A stretch of DNA of 59,364 nt, filler included, from Squatina squatina (GCA_031763465.1; 3 parts of 3 records of this genome joined end to end with filler, not necessarily neighbours in it); one strand, 5' to 3'. Positions 38,600 to 52,017 are shown, numbered from the whole stretch's first letter. The notes: generated by a model not told the origin, from the sequence alone. A program made the numbers and translations.

Positions 38600-39125
38600 T
38601 TAGGGGGCTGCGTTAAAATGCCACAGACAGATGTGCTGAAAATTCTTCCAGGTTCCCTACCTGATGCCGCACCACCCCTGCTCCAAGTGCACCTTGGAGT
38701 TATTATCAGGGGCAAAGAGAGAGAAGATTGGGTAAAGAGAAAGAAAAAAAGGAGACGGAAAGGAAAAGTAAGAAAAAATTTGAACATTTTAGATTTGATA
38801 TTTTAAAAATCTCCAACAACAATTGACTACATGCAGGAATGAGATTGTAGTTTAAATTGTACTCTTTCTGGGCCGGAGAGGTTGATTAGCATTGAATTAA
38901 CAATTATCACGTTATTAAAGAGGTATTTACACTATTAAGTTCCAGCCCTAACTCTCTGTGGTGAGTTTAATGAGCAGTTAATGTGCAAATAGAGCCAGTT
39001 CTTAAAAATAAGAACGAGATGCCATTTGTGCAAATCAGATGGGAGCACGGCGTTAATCGACCAGCTAGGTTCGGACATTCACATCTCACAATACATCTAT
39101 TAATCCACTAAAATTGTTGGTCGAT
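38600..39125 (+). mobile_element. Dispersed repeat sharing its core with the 17055-17679 element
   Basis: aaatctccaacaacaattgactacatgcaggaatgaga..gggccggagaggttgattagcattg versus aaatctctaagaacaatttactacctgcaggaaagaa..gggccggagaggttgagtagcattg. Confidence 0.7.
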
Positions 39126-40299
39126 TTATGCATTGATAACAGAGTGCATCATTAACAGGTTGTGATTTTCCACACAAATTCCGATCCATTGGTTATTGCA
39201 TTCACATAAAATTCTTTTGATCCTTGTTAACTTGTTTTTAAAAAAAAGCTCAAATCTCAAATCCCTGATTAGCAATAAAGCTGAGAACAATACTTTTGGC
39301 CCCAGATGTTTGTATTTTGTGATTAACAAATCCAGTAGAGAACTAACTTTGCAGACATATGCAGAAAACAATTTAATTGTATAAGTGACCCTTTTCTGCT
39401 TGCACACGCCCAAGGGTTCTGCTCCTTTCTATGCAGAATAAGCATAAATTTTACAATTTAGTACGCTCAGCTCAGAACAGGAGTGTGCATTGGGAACTGG
39501 ACCACAGAGGTCAACACACCCGAAACGTGGCCCACGTGATTTTCCATTATGACTTCTGCACTTGAATTCCTGATCTATGCTCCTATTGTGCGGAAGCTTT
39601 ATGCCGGGACTGCTAACTCATAATATTTACCCCAGAATTTCCTCTGATATTGCATTGGTTAAAATGTTTGCTGCATAAAATTCCCTTTTGTGTTGTTGAA
39701 TGCTGCAGTTAATCTGTTTATTTTAAGCAGTGAATATAAATAGCTTTAAGACAGCACAGAAAGGAATTTTATGTGAATGCATCTACTCCAGCACTAGGAA
39801 AGGAAATTATATTGCTTCAGTTCTTGAGGTGACTATTTTAAACAATCAAATTACTGCACGGTCAGAACTACCACCTGATGCTCCCTTGTGATCTGCTGGG
39901 AGAAGGTGAAGAAAATGGCTGCTGCAAAACCACAATGTTTCAGCAAACGTAGTGATCCTTGCACAAAAGATCTTTTCTTTATTGATGTGCAGGGCTATAT
40001 TTGGATCCGTACATTTCAGGCTTGAATAATACTGATGGGACATTACCACCAGATGGCACTCTATGAACTGTTGTTTGAATTTGCGGTGGGAGATGAGGGC
40101 TATTTTCATTTTCAACACTTTGTGTAGTGTGCAAATGAAGAGAACACACGTGTGTTAGTAAAAAGCTGTAGGACATAAAATATTAAAAAGTAATACATTC
40201 AAAACCTGCACATACTCATCTCTTTTAGTCTTTTGTGGAAATTTCTATTAGCAGAATTGGCCTATCTGTGGCTAATGAGGCTATTTATCTGGAAATTCA

Positions 40300-40860
40300 G
40301 GGTAATTATTTGCATTCACTGAGGCGGTTATGCCTCAGCCATACAAAGTTCTAGCCAGATCCCATGTGGAGTACTACGTTCAGGTTGGACATAACACACT
40401 CCAGGAAGGATATATTGGCTTTGGAGGGAGTACAGTCCAGTTCACCAGGATGATAAAGGTTAAATTGTGAGGACAGGTTGTGTAAACTTGGGTTGCATTC
40501 CTTTTGAGTTTAGAAGGTTGAGGGCTGATCTAATCGAGGCATTCCTAAAAGGATTCAGCAGGGCAGATTCAGAGAAGCTGTTTCTTCTGTTGGGAGAATT
40601 CAGAACAACAGGGCATTGTTTTAAAATTAGAGCTAGGCAATTCAGGGATGAAATCAGGGAGCAATTTTTCACACAAAGGATCGTGGAAATCTGGAGCTTT
40701 CTCCCCCAAAGGACTGTGGATGCTGGGCAAATTGACATTTTCAAGACTGAGATTGCTAAGATTTTTGTTTGGTGAGGGTATCAAGGGATATGGAGCAAAG
40801 GCAGGTAAATGGAGTTGAGGTACAGATCAGCCATGATCTAATAGAATGGTGGAACCGGGT
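40300..40860 (+). mobile_element. CR1 LINE 3' end
   Basis: FRRLRADLIE..RTTGHCFKIR..FFTQRIVEIWSFLPQ..FKTEI. Confidence 0.85.
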
Positions 40861-41202
40861 AGGTTCTAAAACGAACTGTTCTGTCAGATTACCACCCATG
40901 CAGTGAAGATGTAAGTTTACCCCCAGGTCTTTGAGTATCTTAATACAGCTGTTATTTGATTGTATGACTGTTAATTAACAATTATGAATTAATGTCTGTT
41001 ACCTTAATAATATTTACTACCACACAAGAGATTTAATAATAATTGTTGTGGTACCATTGCATGAATATTAAGAATTCTATTTAATATATTTTAAGCTTTT
41101 ACAGAAATGCAGAGTTACTGAAACATCTTAATATGTATAAGATTGAGTTTAGGCTTGATTTCTATTTGCAGAATTTCATAATATTTATTTTTCTTTAATC
41201 AG

Positions 41203-41297
41203 GGCATTCTTGGCTCTGGGCTGGCTCTTAAAGTTCAGGAGCAGCATCGTCAAAAGCATTTTGAAAAAAGAAGAAATCCAGCAGCAAGCTTGATCCA
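41203..41297 (+). CDS. KCNQ3: KCNQ3 S6/helix A exon (last base in gap)
   Basis: tttaatcag|[31 protein letters not shown](Q); GLALKV is the KCNQ3 variant. Confidence 0.92.
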
Positions 41298-41462
41298 NNN
41301 NNNNNNNNNNNNNNNNNNNNNNNNNNNNNNNNNNNNNNNNNNNNNNNNNNNNNNNNNNNNNNNNNNNNNNNNNNNNNNNNNNNNNNNNNNNNNNNNNGAA
41401 AACAATAGTGATTGACATTATCGTTTGTGAAATCTTCTTTTCCATGTTTTGTTTTGATACAG

Positions 41463-41557
41463 ACTGCATGGAGATTTTACGCCACGAACCTCAACCGGAG
41501 TGATCTTGCTGCCACATGGAGATATTACGAAACTGTCATAGCAATTCCTTTCTTCAG
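41463..41557 (+). CDS. KCNQ3: KCNQ3 95-nt exon with GC donor
   Basis: ttgatacag|[32 protein letters not shown]|gcatgt. Confidence 0.88.
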
Positions 41558-42218
41558 GCATGTATGCCGCTACTCAGTTCAAATCTGCAAACAAAAAATG
41601 CACAATTCACTGACCTTTTATTTACTATTATGCTTTTTTCACTTTCATTCCCTTCCTAAATTGAGTATTCATCTTAAATCTTTAGTGTTCATGGTGTTAT
41701 TATGCTCTTGATGAGAATCCAGTTTACATAGCAACATGGAAGCCAGTTTTGAAGGCCTTGAGTACCTGAAAAAATAGGTACATGGGTCATTCATTTTCCA
41801 CATTTTTGTTACTAGATTTTGTTTGAGTTATATTTTCATGTCTGTCTCAATTATAATTAAAGTTATCAATTATAACAATCTGATTCATTTTAAACTTACA
41901 AAGCAACAATCAGGAATTCTCATATATAAATTAAACACTCTCAAAATGGAGAATTTAAAGCTGTGAAACCTCACAATTTCCTTTATTTAATTCTAAAGGT
42001 CTTTCCAAATTACTCTCTTAAAAAAATAAGAAATCAGTCCCTATTCTTTTTAATGGCTTAGATGTAATCGCAAAGCTGGGTGTGTTACATTACCTGAGTA
42101 GAGTTGGATCTAACACTCAGCCAGCATGGCTAGCTGATAGCTCTGTGTTGACAACTACAATATTCTACTTTATTGTTTCTTTATAATAGTATTTGAATTT
42201 CTTTTTTCAAAAATCTAG

Positions 42219-42275
42219 GTGTGGCGTTGTCGCAGGCACAGAGAGCGGAAATGAGGCGCTGGAAGGGCGCTCTTT
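42219..42275 (+). CDS. Candidate 57-nt phase-2 symmetric cassette exon of KCNQ3
   Basis: ttcttttttcaaaaatctag|G TGT GGC..CGC TCT TT|gtgagt; GC-rich island in an AT-rich intron; in frame with the preceding exon, (R)CGVVAGTESGNEALEGRS(F/L). Confidence 0.5.
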
Positions 42276-44349
42276 GTGAGTTCTGCAACCAGTTTCATGT
42301 GACACATCTCATTAATCAATTACACTGCCACTGGTTTGTTTCTCATAAAAGCTTGTGGGCTCAAAGTTCCACAGCTCAATGGGCTCACTGTTCTTTGTGT
42401 NNNNNNNNNNNNNNNNNNNNNNNNNNNNNNNNNNNNNNNNNNNNNNNNNNNNNNNNNNNNNNNNNNNNNNNNNNNNNNNNNNNNNNNNNNNNNNNNNNNN
42501 GAGGAGAACAACCCCAGCTTCTCCAGTCTATCCACGTAACTGAAGTCCCTCATCCCTGCCTTACGTGGAGGCAGCCGGATTGAAAACCTTGGCAATGCCG
42601 CCTTGTTCTTCTTGCGGCTGCAGTTGCCCAACTCCTGCACACTCGCCCCACAACCGCCTTCAACTTGTCACCCCCACAACCCCCCAACGCCCGCCCAAGG
42701 ACAGATAAGAATACTGGTGAGAACCGTCGACAAAAACAATTTAAATGGGTCTAGTCCTGGAAACTCTTGTCAGGATCAACTGCAGTGCAGTCGCCCTCTG
42801 CACCTCATCACCCACCATTCCGACGCCACGGATGAGGTTGAGCTGACTCTGTAGATCATAAGACAGCGGCTGGGGCAGGCTGATTCTCCTTGCTGTTGCC
42901 CAGGGACGCGAAAGCTAAAACTGGAGAACTCAGCACCAACCACGTTTCATTTTCAACGTATAGTTTTGAAAAGGAAGCAGCGCTGGTATGCAGGACAGCT
43001 TAAACTGATGCTAAATGCTAATGCCTGTTTATATTACAAGGAATACTCTTCAGATTTTGAACCTACTCAAGCTCATTGATAAGTGACCCACCCCTTTGTA
43101 TCTAAGCAAAAGGTCACATATTTATGTCTGTCTGCAAACAATAAATATGTCTCCCTCATTTTACAGTAAATACATACTTAGTAAGCAATCAATCTTCGGA
43201 CCAAGCCTCTCAAGAAAATTTAGGTACAAATGCCCTAATGACCTAATACTTCTACCTATTTACCTACTGTCTATCTGATCTAGTAATCTGCTGTGTTGAT
43301 CTCTTGCACGTTTTTATTTTCATTTCTAAAATACATCAATTCGCCTGCAATTTCCCCCCTTTTTAGTTTATTGATGAAATTTAAGTAATACAAAACACAG
43401 TTGATCAATAATGCGAAGGAATAGTTTTTATTCTCAAGTTATAAAATAGCATACTTATTGACTGGGGAAAAAACAGTGATAAAGATCTTATACCTACATC
43501 CATTTCCTCTGTGAACTTTTCTCCATTATAAATTCCTATGTCTACGTTTAAAATGGAATCTGCCTGTGTAAACTTGTTACGCTGTAATTACGCTGCCTGC
43601 TTGGTGAATTTCTGCCCAGGCTGTGAACATTTACAGAGTCTCACTGTAAAATTTTCGGGCTCCAGAATGCCGAGGTAACTATGTAAGGTTTGTTTAAAAG
43701 TTTGAGTTTTTTTCTCTGTTCTTTCAGTTCAGTTTTAAATTCTGTGACTTTCCTCATTATTTGTAGTCTCTCAGCTTTAAACATGATACTTCCCCTTTGC
43801 ATTTTAAATGTAAACAGTTTTTTAAGCCTCCATTACAAACCTTTGTACCTCTTGCAGTGTTAGTGACCTACTTATAATTAGAGCCCCAAAATAAATGCCA
43901 CAACTAATGCAGAAACCTAGAATGTAAAATTTATCGGAAATAATTTAGAAGCAATCTTCAAACGGAAACTCCTTTTACTCAATAAACCAACTACAACATT
44001 ATTAATAAATATTATAAATATCAATGAGGATATTGGACAATTTTAAAAGCTGATAGACTCGAGAAATGTTTGAAACTTAAATAATGCTAGTGAGTTGTGT
44101 AAATTACAGGTGGGCTCTGCACTCGCACTTCATCCAAATTCTCAAATCTTGCTGCTGACCTTTTCCCTCAATCCTTGCTGGCATGTGTGAGTTTCTNNNN
44201 NNNNNNNNNNNNNNNNNNNNNNNNNNNNNNNNNNNNNNNNNNNNNNNNNNNNNNNNNNNNNNNNNNNNNNNNNNNNNNNNNNNNNNNNNNNNNNNNCCTG
44301 CAGAACGCCAAAATGACACTTTACGCCCTGTTTCTGCCAAATCAGACCC

Positions 44350-45075
44350 CTTGGTTTCTAGATGTTCTTCTATGTTCTCCTTTACGAGGGATTCCATTAT
44401 TTTTCCAACCACTGACGTTAAGCTGACTGGTCTATAGTTCCCTGGACATGTTTATCTCCCTTCTTAAGTATAAATATTACAGTAGCTATCCACCAGTCCT
44501 CTGGCAGTACAGCTTTATCTAATTAATTATTAAATATATGTAATAGTGCCTCTGTTATCTCTTCCCTAGATTCTTTNNNNNNNNNNTTCTATATCCCTTC
44601 TTAAATGCAGGTATTACATTAGTCCGCCAGTCCTCTGGCATGATACCATTTTCTAACAAATTATTAAATATGTGTAGTAATGGTTCTGCTGTCTCTTCCC
44701 TAGATTCTTCTAAGATGTGCAGATGTAATTTTGAGCTTAATTAGTTTATTTAATATTTCTCTCTTTATTTTAAATGCAGTTATCTCATTTCTAATCTCAT
44801 CATCCAATGTCATGTCCACCTGATCTGTTTCCCCGGTAATTACTGAAGCAAAGTAATTATTTAGTATTTCTGCCATTTCGCTATCACTGCCTGTGGTTTT
44901 ATTCTGCCCATCCTTTGTGGACATTCCCATCCCGACTTTTTACTTAGGTGCTTGTAGAATACTTTACTATTTTGTTTTATGTTCCTTGAAAATTTAACTT
45001 CATAGTTTCTCTTTGTCTTCCTAATTGTTCTTTTTACTTTGCTCCTAATCTCTTCATATCTTCCCTTGTCATGCT
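44350..45075 (-). mobile_element. CR1 LINE fragments (two copies joined over a 10-N gap)
   Basis: NYRPVSLTSVVGKIMES, EMAEILNNYFASV. Confidence 0.8.
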
Positions 45076-45134
45076 CTTTCATTATTAAGCTGTACTGTAA
45101 TCTTGAATATTGGCGACAACTGTTATTCTGTTAT

Positions 45135-45318
45135 TACAACAACAACTTGTATTTATCTCGCACCTTTAACATAGTGAAAGATCCCAAGGCACTTCACAGG
45201 AATATTATGAGATTTAAAAAAATGGAGGGAAGAGAGCTGGAGAGGCGGAAGGATTTAGGGAGGGGGTTCCAGTGCTGAGAGCCTCGGCAACAGAATACAC
45301 GGCCACCAATGGTTGAGC
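45135..45318 (-). mobile_element. L2 LINE 3' tail
   Basis: acaacaacaacttgtatttatctcgcacctttaacatagtgaaagatcccaaggcacttcacagga. Confidence 0.75.
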
Positions 45319-45418
45319 NNNNNNNNNNNNNNNNNNNNNNNNNNNNNNNNNNNNNNNNNNNNTTAATTAATTAANNNNNNNNNNNNNNNNNNNNNNNNNN
45401 NNNNNNNNNNNNNNNNNN
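45319..45418. other. Artificial scaffold linker
   Basis: N44-TTAATTAATTAA-N44. Confidence 0.97.
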
Positions 45419-45815
45419 CATTGTATTCCAGTTGCCATGTTCTTGCCCACTCAGTCAACCGGTCTATATCTCTCTCTAGCCTCTTTGGGTCCTCCTCATA
45501 GCTTACTTTCATACCTAACTTTGTATCATCAGCAAACTCGGATACGATACACTCAGTCCCTTCATCTAAGTCATTAATATAGATTGTAAATAGCTGAGGC
45601 CCAAGCAGTGATCCTTGTGATACCCTGCTAGTTAGAGCCTGCCAAACTGAAAAAGTCCCATTTATTCCTACTGTTTTCAGTCCACTAACCAATCCTCACT
45701 CCATGCTAATACATTACCCCCAATCCCATGAGTCAGAATTTTGAGTAATAACTTCTTGTGTGGCACCTTATCGAATACTTTTTGAAAAACCAAATACACT
45801 ACATCCACTGGTTCC
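45419..45815 (-). mobile_element. CR1 RT core fragment
   Basis: QGSLLGPQLFTIYINDLDEG..EFADDTKLG..W. Confidence 0.9.
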
Positions 45816-46024
45816 CTGATAACCATTAATATCTTATAATCATCAGTAATAGATTTAAAATTGTGTCTAAGAATTAAATGGAGAAGTTTATAATCCTCAA
45901 CTGCATGGAATGATAACCTAAATTNNNNNNNNNNNNNNNNNNNNNNNNNNNNNNNNNNNNNNNNNNNNNNNNNNNNNNNNNNNNNNNNNNNNNNNNNNNN
46001 NNNNNNNNNNNNNNNNNNNNNNNN

Positions 46025-48400
46025 AACTTATGCACTATCTCTACCGTGTAGATACTGGCCAACTTCGCTTTCTGGATCCCATGCTAGTTGAAATTTTAAA
46101 TGTTTTCTCTCATTGGGTACTGCCCATCCTTTTTCAAAACTGTGATCATCATCCCCTTCTTCAAGCAAGCCTAGTCCTTGTGAACCACCACCCCATCTCC
46201 AACCTCCCTTTGCTCTCAAGTTCTTGAAAGGGCTGTGGCCTCAAATTTATGCTCATCTTTCCTGCTTCTCCATGTCTGAATCCCTCCAATCACTTTTCTG
46301 CCTCTGCCACAGTACTGAAGCAAACATGAGTGTGACCATGGTCAACTAGCCCTCTTCATCCTTCTACTTGTCTGCAGCCTTTGACACGGTTGACCAACCC
46401 ATTCTCCTTCAATACCCCTCCTCTGCCGTCCAGCTGGGTGGGACTACAATGGTGTCTCTTCCCACTCGGTTACCTCTGGAATCCTCCAGGATCTATCCTT
46501 GGCCGTCTCCTATTTCTCATCTGCATGTTGCCCCTCGGCGACACTATCCGAAAACATCACATCAGGTTTGACATGTACGCTGACGACACCCAGCTCTACC
46601 TCTTTACCGCCTGTCTCGACCCCTCCACTGTCTCTAAATTGTCACACTGCTTGTCTGCCATCCAGTACTGGATGAGCAGAAATTTCCTCCAACTAAATCA
46701 TGTGAAGACCAAAGCCATTTTCTTTGGTCCCCATCACAAACTCTCTTTCCTAGCTATTGATGCCATCCCTCTCTTGGCAACTGTATGAAGCTGAACCATT
46801 CACAACCTTGGTGTCATATTTGATCCCGCGATGAGCTTCCAACCACATATCCGCTCCATCGCTAAGACCGCCTAATTCCATCTCCGTGTCGCCCGACTTC
46901 ACCCCTGCCTCAGCTCATCTTCTGCTGAAACCATTAACCAAGCCTTTGTTACCTCTAGACTTAACTATTCCAATGCTCTCCTGGCCAGCCTCCCATATTC
47001 CACTCTATGTAAACTTAAGCTCATCCAAATCTCTGCTGCCCATATCCTAACTCGCACCAAGTCCCNNNNNNNNNNNNNNNNNNNNNNNNNNNNNNNNNNN
47101 NNNNNNNNNNNNNNNNNNNNNNNNNNNNNNNNNNNNNNNNNNNNNNNNNNNNNNNNNNNNNNNNNGATTTGTTTGTCAACACTCACCATCTAAGCTAGCA
47201 CAGGAAGAATGCTACTTGGGATATTTAGTGGAGTGCTGCCAATGACTTTTGAAACAAATCCAAACATGAGAGGGAAGAAAATTAGGTTATCGCTGACCTA
47301 CATTGGCTCCTAGCCCAGCCCAGCAATGCCTCAATGTTAAAATTCTCATCCTGGTTTTCAAATCCCTCCATGGCCTCACCTCTCTATCTCTGTAACTTCC
47401 TCCAGCCCTATAACCTTCTGAGATCTCTGCGCTCCTCCAATTATGGCCTCTTTCACATCCCCAATTTTAATCGCACCACCACTGCTGGCCGTGCCTTCGG
47501 CTGCCTAGGCACGGAGCTTTGAAATTCCCTCTCTAAACCTCTCCGCAACTCTACCTCTCTCTGTTCTATCAAGAAGCTCCTTAAAACCTACGGGGGCGAA
47601 ATTGCCCTGCGCCCCGATTGGGGGCGGTAACCAGCTGGGGCGGAACTTTCTGCGCCCACCACAGAAGTTCCGCCCCTGCCGCTGAATTCGGCTTACCACT
47701 CCTCAAAGGAAGCGAAGTGCAATCTCGCGTGCTCCACTTCCTTTGGGGGCAGGACCTGGAGCGCTGAGGGAAGTGTGACGTGGATGCTCCATGTAGCGCT
47801 GACACACTTCAACACCTCTCCCCTTCGCTTAAAGGGGAGGGCCGTTGCGCACTCTGCAAGGCCGATGATCGCCTCCATTAGGCCACCAGGGCTGCGTGGG
47901 ACGGGGTCTGCAGCCCAGCACCCAAAACGGAGTGCCGGGCTGCACAATGGCACATGGACCACGCTAGAGCTGCCAGCATAGAGACGACCAGAGAGTTGGC
48001 AAACAAAAAAAAATGGCGGCCCGGGGCACTGGCACCCTCCCCTTTATGGAGCGCCCCGAGAGCCGATACAGGCCAGCTTCTCGAACTGTGAAGCTGCCGT
48101 TGACATCCGCTCACGCCAGCCTCGTGGCCTGTGGGGAAATTTGCCCCATGGGGCGTTAAGGAGTCGGTGAGGGGTCACCACGCACGGCAATGACGTCATC
48201 GCTGGTTGCGCGGTGCCCTCCTCCCCCCAGAGGTGCCAATGGGACTTTAAAAAGGGGCAACTTCACCCCCTAAGTCTTTGACCAAGTTTTTGGTCATGTC
48301 ATAATATCTCCTTACCTAGCTCGGTGTCCAATTTTCTCCCGTGAAGCATCTTGGGACGTTTTACTATGTTAAGGGCGCTATACAAATGCAAGTTGTTGTT
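46025..48400 (+). mobile_element. L2 LINE RT and 3' end pieces (gapped; tail interrupted by the MITE at 47592-48270)
   Basis: LSAAFDTVD, GSILG, MYADDTQLY, WMSRNFLQLN; tail ends atacaaatgcaagttgttgtt. Confidence 0.88.
47592..48270. mobile_element. 679-bp GC-rich MITE, PIF/Harbinger-like
   Basis: TIRs GGGGGCGAAATTGCCC / GGGCAACTTCACCCCC (14/16); 3-bp flanks TAC/TAA; L2 tail resumes on the far side. Confidence 0.8.
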
Positions 48401-48931
48401 GGAGAGGGAAAACCAAAAACCCACAAACAACATGCAGAAACAAAAGGTGGACTTAAGTTTGCGGCAAGTATTTACACCAGTTGCTATCTGATGTTTCTTA
48501 TGGTGAGTTGATATGCTGTTTTAAAATGGGTTGTTATCCCATGTAACACACAATGTATTATCGTGGTCAGCCATTCATGGAGACTGAAGAAGTTAAATTG
48601 CCATTTTATTACATGATATTCTGGATTATTACTGATTCTTTCAGCATTGAACTCCACAACTCTGTCCGTTATTCTGTGAAAACTGGAAATCAGCAGCCTT
48701 GATTATTATTTTATATCTTTTTTTATGTACTCAATACCAATTTTTTTTTTATAAAGTCCATGACAGAGAGAAAAATAATAGGCAACATCCGCCAGGCTAG
48801 AGGTAGGTACCTGGCATTTAGTCGCACTGGGNNNNNNNNNNNNNNNNNNNNNNNNNNNNNNNNNNNNNNNNNNNNNNNNNNNNNNNNNNNNNNNNNNNNN
48901 NNNNNNNNNNNNNNNNNNNNNNNNNNNNNNN

Positions 48932-49670
48932 TTGATTATTTTCTGATTTGACATCTCATACTGGAGATAAAAGTTCACAGCAATATGTATATGAACCTCT
49001 TTAGACTTCCACTGCTTCTAGCTTTTCACCATTTGGAAAATACCCAAATCTATCCTTTTAATGGTCCAAAGTGGATGACCTCACATTGAAATCCATGTGC
49101 CACAGCTTTAATATTTAATAATCTATTAATATTTTTGTAATTTTATGCTTCCATCTACAATACCACCCATCTTTGTGTTGTTGGCAAACTGGATACGTGG
49201 CTCTCCATCCCATCATCCAAGTCGCTAATAAATACTTGGAATAATTGAGGCCTCAGTGTGGGACACCACTAGTCACTTCCTGCCAATTTGAGTACCTGCT
49301 CATTATCCCTGCTCTCTTCTGCCACTCAGCTAATCTCCTAAACAAGTGAATTTGCCTTCAATTCCATGAGCTTCAACTTCAGCCAACAGTCACTTGAGAA
49401 ATTATCAAGTGCCTTCTTCAGTCACTCTTTCAATCACAGGTTCATCAGGTATGACCTACAAATCCATGCTGGCTCTCGATCAGCTGAAAAATTAAGCTGT
49501 TAAGTCACCATCCTCAATTATAAACTAGTAATTTCCCCAACAGATGTTAGGCTAACTGGTCTATAATTCCCTGGTTTCCCTCACCATTCTTAAATAGCAG
49601 AGTGACACGTGCAATTTTTCCCAATCTAAAAAAGGGAATGGTTCCTGAATCAAGAGAACTTTGAAATAAT
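48932..49670 (-). mobile_element. Degenerate CR1 RT region
   Basis: gatgttaggctaactggtctataattccctgg (NYRPVSLTS on minus); similar to the 33560-34583 relic. Confidence 0.6.
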
Positions 49671-50259
49671 CATTTCAAAAATAACTTCACTGGTTGTAAA
49701 GGGCTTTGGGCACCAAGGCTGTGAAAGGCACTATATAAATGCAAGTCTTTCTTTCACAAGGTCATTAGAGGAGGGACACCACTCAGCCCATTGATCCAGA
49801 ATGGCCCCAACATACTCTCCTTCCCAGCATCCAATTGGTTCCTGAACAACTCCAGAATTTTCATCTTCAAAACTCTATCCAGGATTGCACATTCAATCTG
49901 TGAAAAATAACTTTCCAATATTAGTCCTAAGCTTGCTTGTATCAGTGCCTGAGGAGATGGAACGATTTAAGGCAGAAAAGTCACAGGTCTCTTAAAAAGA
50001 TAAAAAAATTCAAAATGTGGGCATTGCTGGCAAGCCCAGCTTTTAGTGCCCATCCCTAGCTGTACTTTGAGAATGTGGTGGTGAGCCACCTTCTTGAACC
50101 GTTGCAGTCCATGTGCTAAAGATGCTCCCACACTGCTGTTAGGTAGGGAGTTACAGGATTGACTCAAACAAACAATGAAGGAATGGCGATACATGCCCAA
50201 ATTGGGATAGAGAGTGACTTGGAGTTGGTGGTATTCCCACACACCTGGTGCCCTTGTCC

Positions 50260-51692
50260 ACTGTACACCCAACTTCCTTTTCTGGCACCCATATTAGCTG
50301 GCATTGTTGATGACCGCTCTCCTCGGGTACAGTCCCCCTCTCCTTCAAATTGGCCGTTATCACACCCTCAAAAAATAACCTTGACCCCTCCGTCCAACTA
50401 CTCGACAACTACTGCTCCATCTCCAACCTCCCTTTCCTCACCAAAGTCCTTGAACGTGTTATCGTCTTTCAAATCTGTGCCCATCTTTCCCGCAACTTCA
50501 TATTGGAATCCCTCCAATCAGGTTTCCCCCCCCCACCACAGTACCGAAATGGCTCAAAGTCATAAATAACTGCCTTTGTGACTGTAACANNNNNNNNNNN
50601 NNNNNNNNNNNNNNNNNNNNNNNNNNNNNNNNNNNNNNNNNNNNNNNNNNNNNNNNNNNNNNNNNNNNNNNNNNNNNNNNNNNNNNNNNGTATCTTCCTT
50701 AGTGAAGACAGAACCAAAGTAATTGTTCAATTGGTCTGCCATTTCTTTGTTCCCCATTATAAATTCATCTGTTTCTGACTGCAAGGGACCGACATTTGTC
50801 TTCATGAATCTTTTTCTCTTCACATATCCTCCCCTGCCACAGTACTGAAACGACCCTTGTCAAAGTCACAAATGACATCCTATGTGGCTGTGAGTGTATT
50901 AAGCTATCCCTCTTCATTGTTCTCGACCTGTCTACAGCCTTTGACACGGTTGACCACAACATCCACTTGCAACGCCTCACCTCTCCCCTGTACTCACCTG
51001 GTTCCATTCTTATCTCTCGAGTCATATCAGAGAATCACCTGGCACGGCTTCTCTTCCCACTCCCTGAATATTACCTCTGGAGTCCCCCAAGGATCTATCC
51101 TTGGCCCCGTCCATTTCTCATCATCATGCTGCCTCTCGGTGACATCATCCCAAAACACAGCATCAGGTTCCATATGTGCGCTGAGGACACCCAGCTCTAC
51201 CTCACCACCAGCTCTCTCCAACATTCAGTGCAGGATGAACAGATATTTCCTCCAACTAAATATTGGGAGTCTCCCCCACAAACACCGTTCCCAAGCCCCC
51301 GACTCCATCCCTCTCCCTGGCTACTGTCTGAGGCTGAACCAGTCCATGCGCAACCTTTGTGTCTTATTTGACACCGAGATGAGCTTCCGACCACATATCC
51401 GCTCCATCAGCAAGTCTGCCTACTTCCACCTCGGTAAGGTCACACAACTCCACTCCTGCCCCAGCTCAGCTGCTGCTGAAAGCCTCATCCAGGCCTTTGC
51501 TACCTCTAGCCTTGACTATTCCAACACTCTCCTGACCGGCCCCCCATCTGACACCCTCCATAAATTTCAATTCATCCCAAACTCTGCTGCCTGTGTTCTA
51601 ACTCACACCAAGTCCCGTTCACCCATCCCCACTTTGCTCACTGACTTACATTAGCTCCCAGTCCGGCAACGCCTCAATTTTTAAATTCTCAT
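50260..51692 (+). mobile_element. L2 LINE fragments (with a CR1 piece at 50690-50826, minus)
   Basis: ISNLPFLTKVLE, LQSGF, GVPQGSILGP, LDYSNTLL; frameshifted. Confidence 0.88.
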
Positions 51693-52017
51693 ATGGTGAG
51701 AAGGCAGATTGCAAACCAGTGGTGGCTCGTTTCGTTTACCAGGTTTGATTTCTAGTTTCACATTCAGGAAGCAATTGATCTGGAAATGAGAACATACCGA
51801 GTACTGTGCTCGAGCAACTCACCATTGCAGCTAAAGTTGATGAAGGAATTTGTCAAATTTTCGATACAAACAGAATTATGACATTTCGATCATTGGAATT
51901 CCTTCTGTATTTAAACTTGGATTTGGAATTCTGAACAAGAAGTTTGTTTCCTGAAATAAAATAACATATACAACCATTCAGTTGCCAGCTCTGTGCTCCC
52001 TTTGTAACTGGCTTTGT

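Noticed and set aside
44450-44710. Apparent ~125-bp tandem duplication around a 10-N gap
   Set aside because: Two diverged CR1 copies, probably joined by the scaffolder.
51860-51951. Strong minus-strand acceptor followed by ETNFLFRIPNPSLNTEGIPMIEMS*
   Set aside because: Could be a terminal exon, but I cannot assign it and have no supporting exon.
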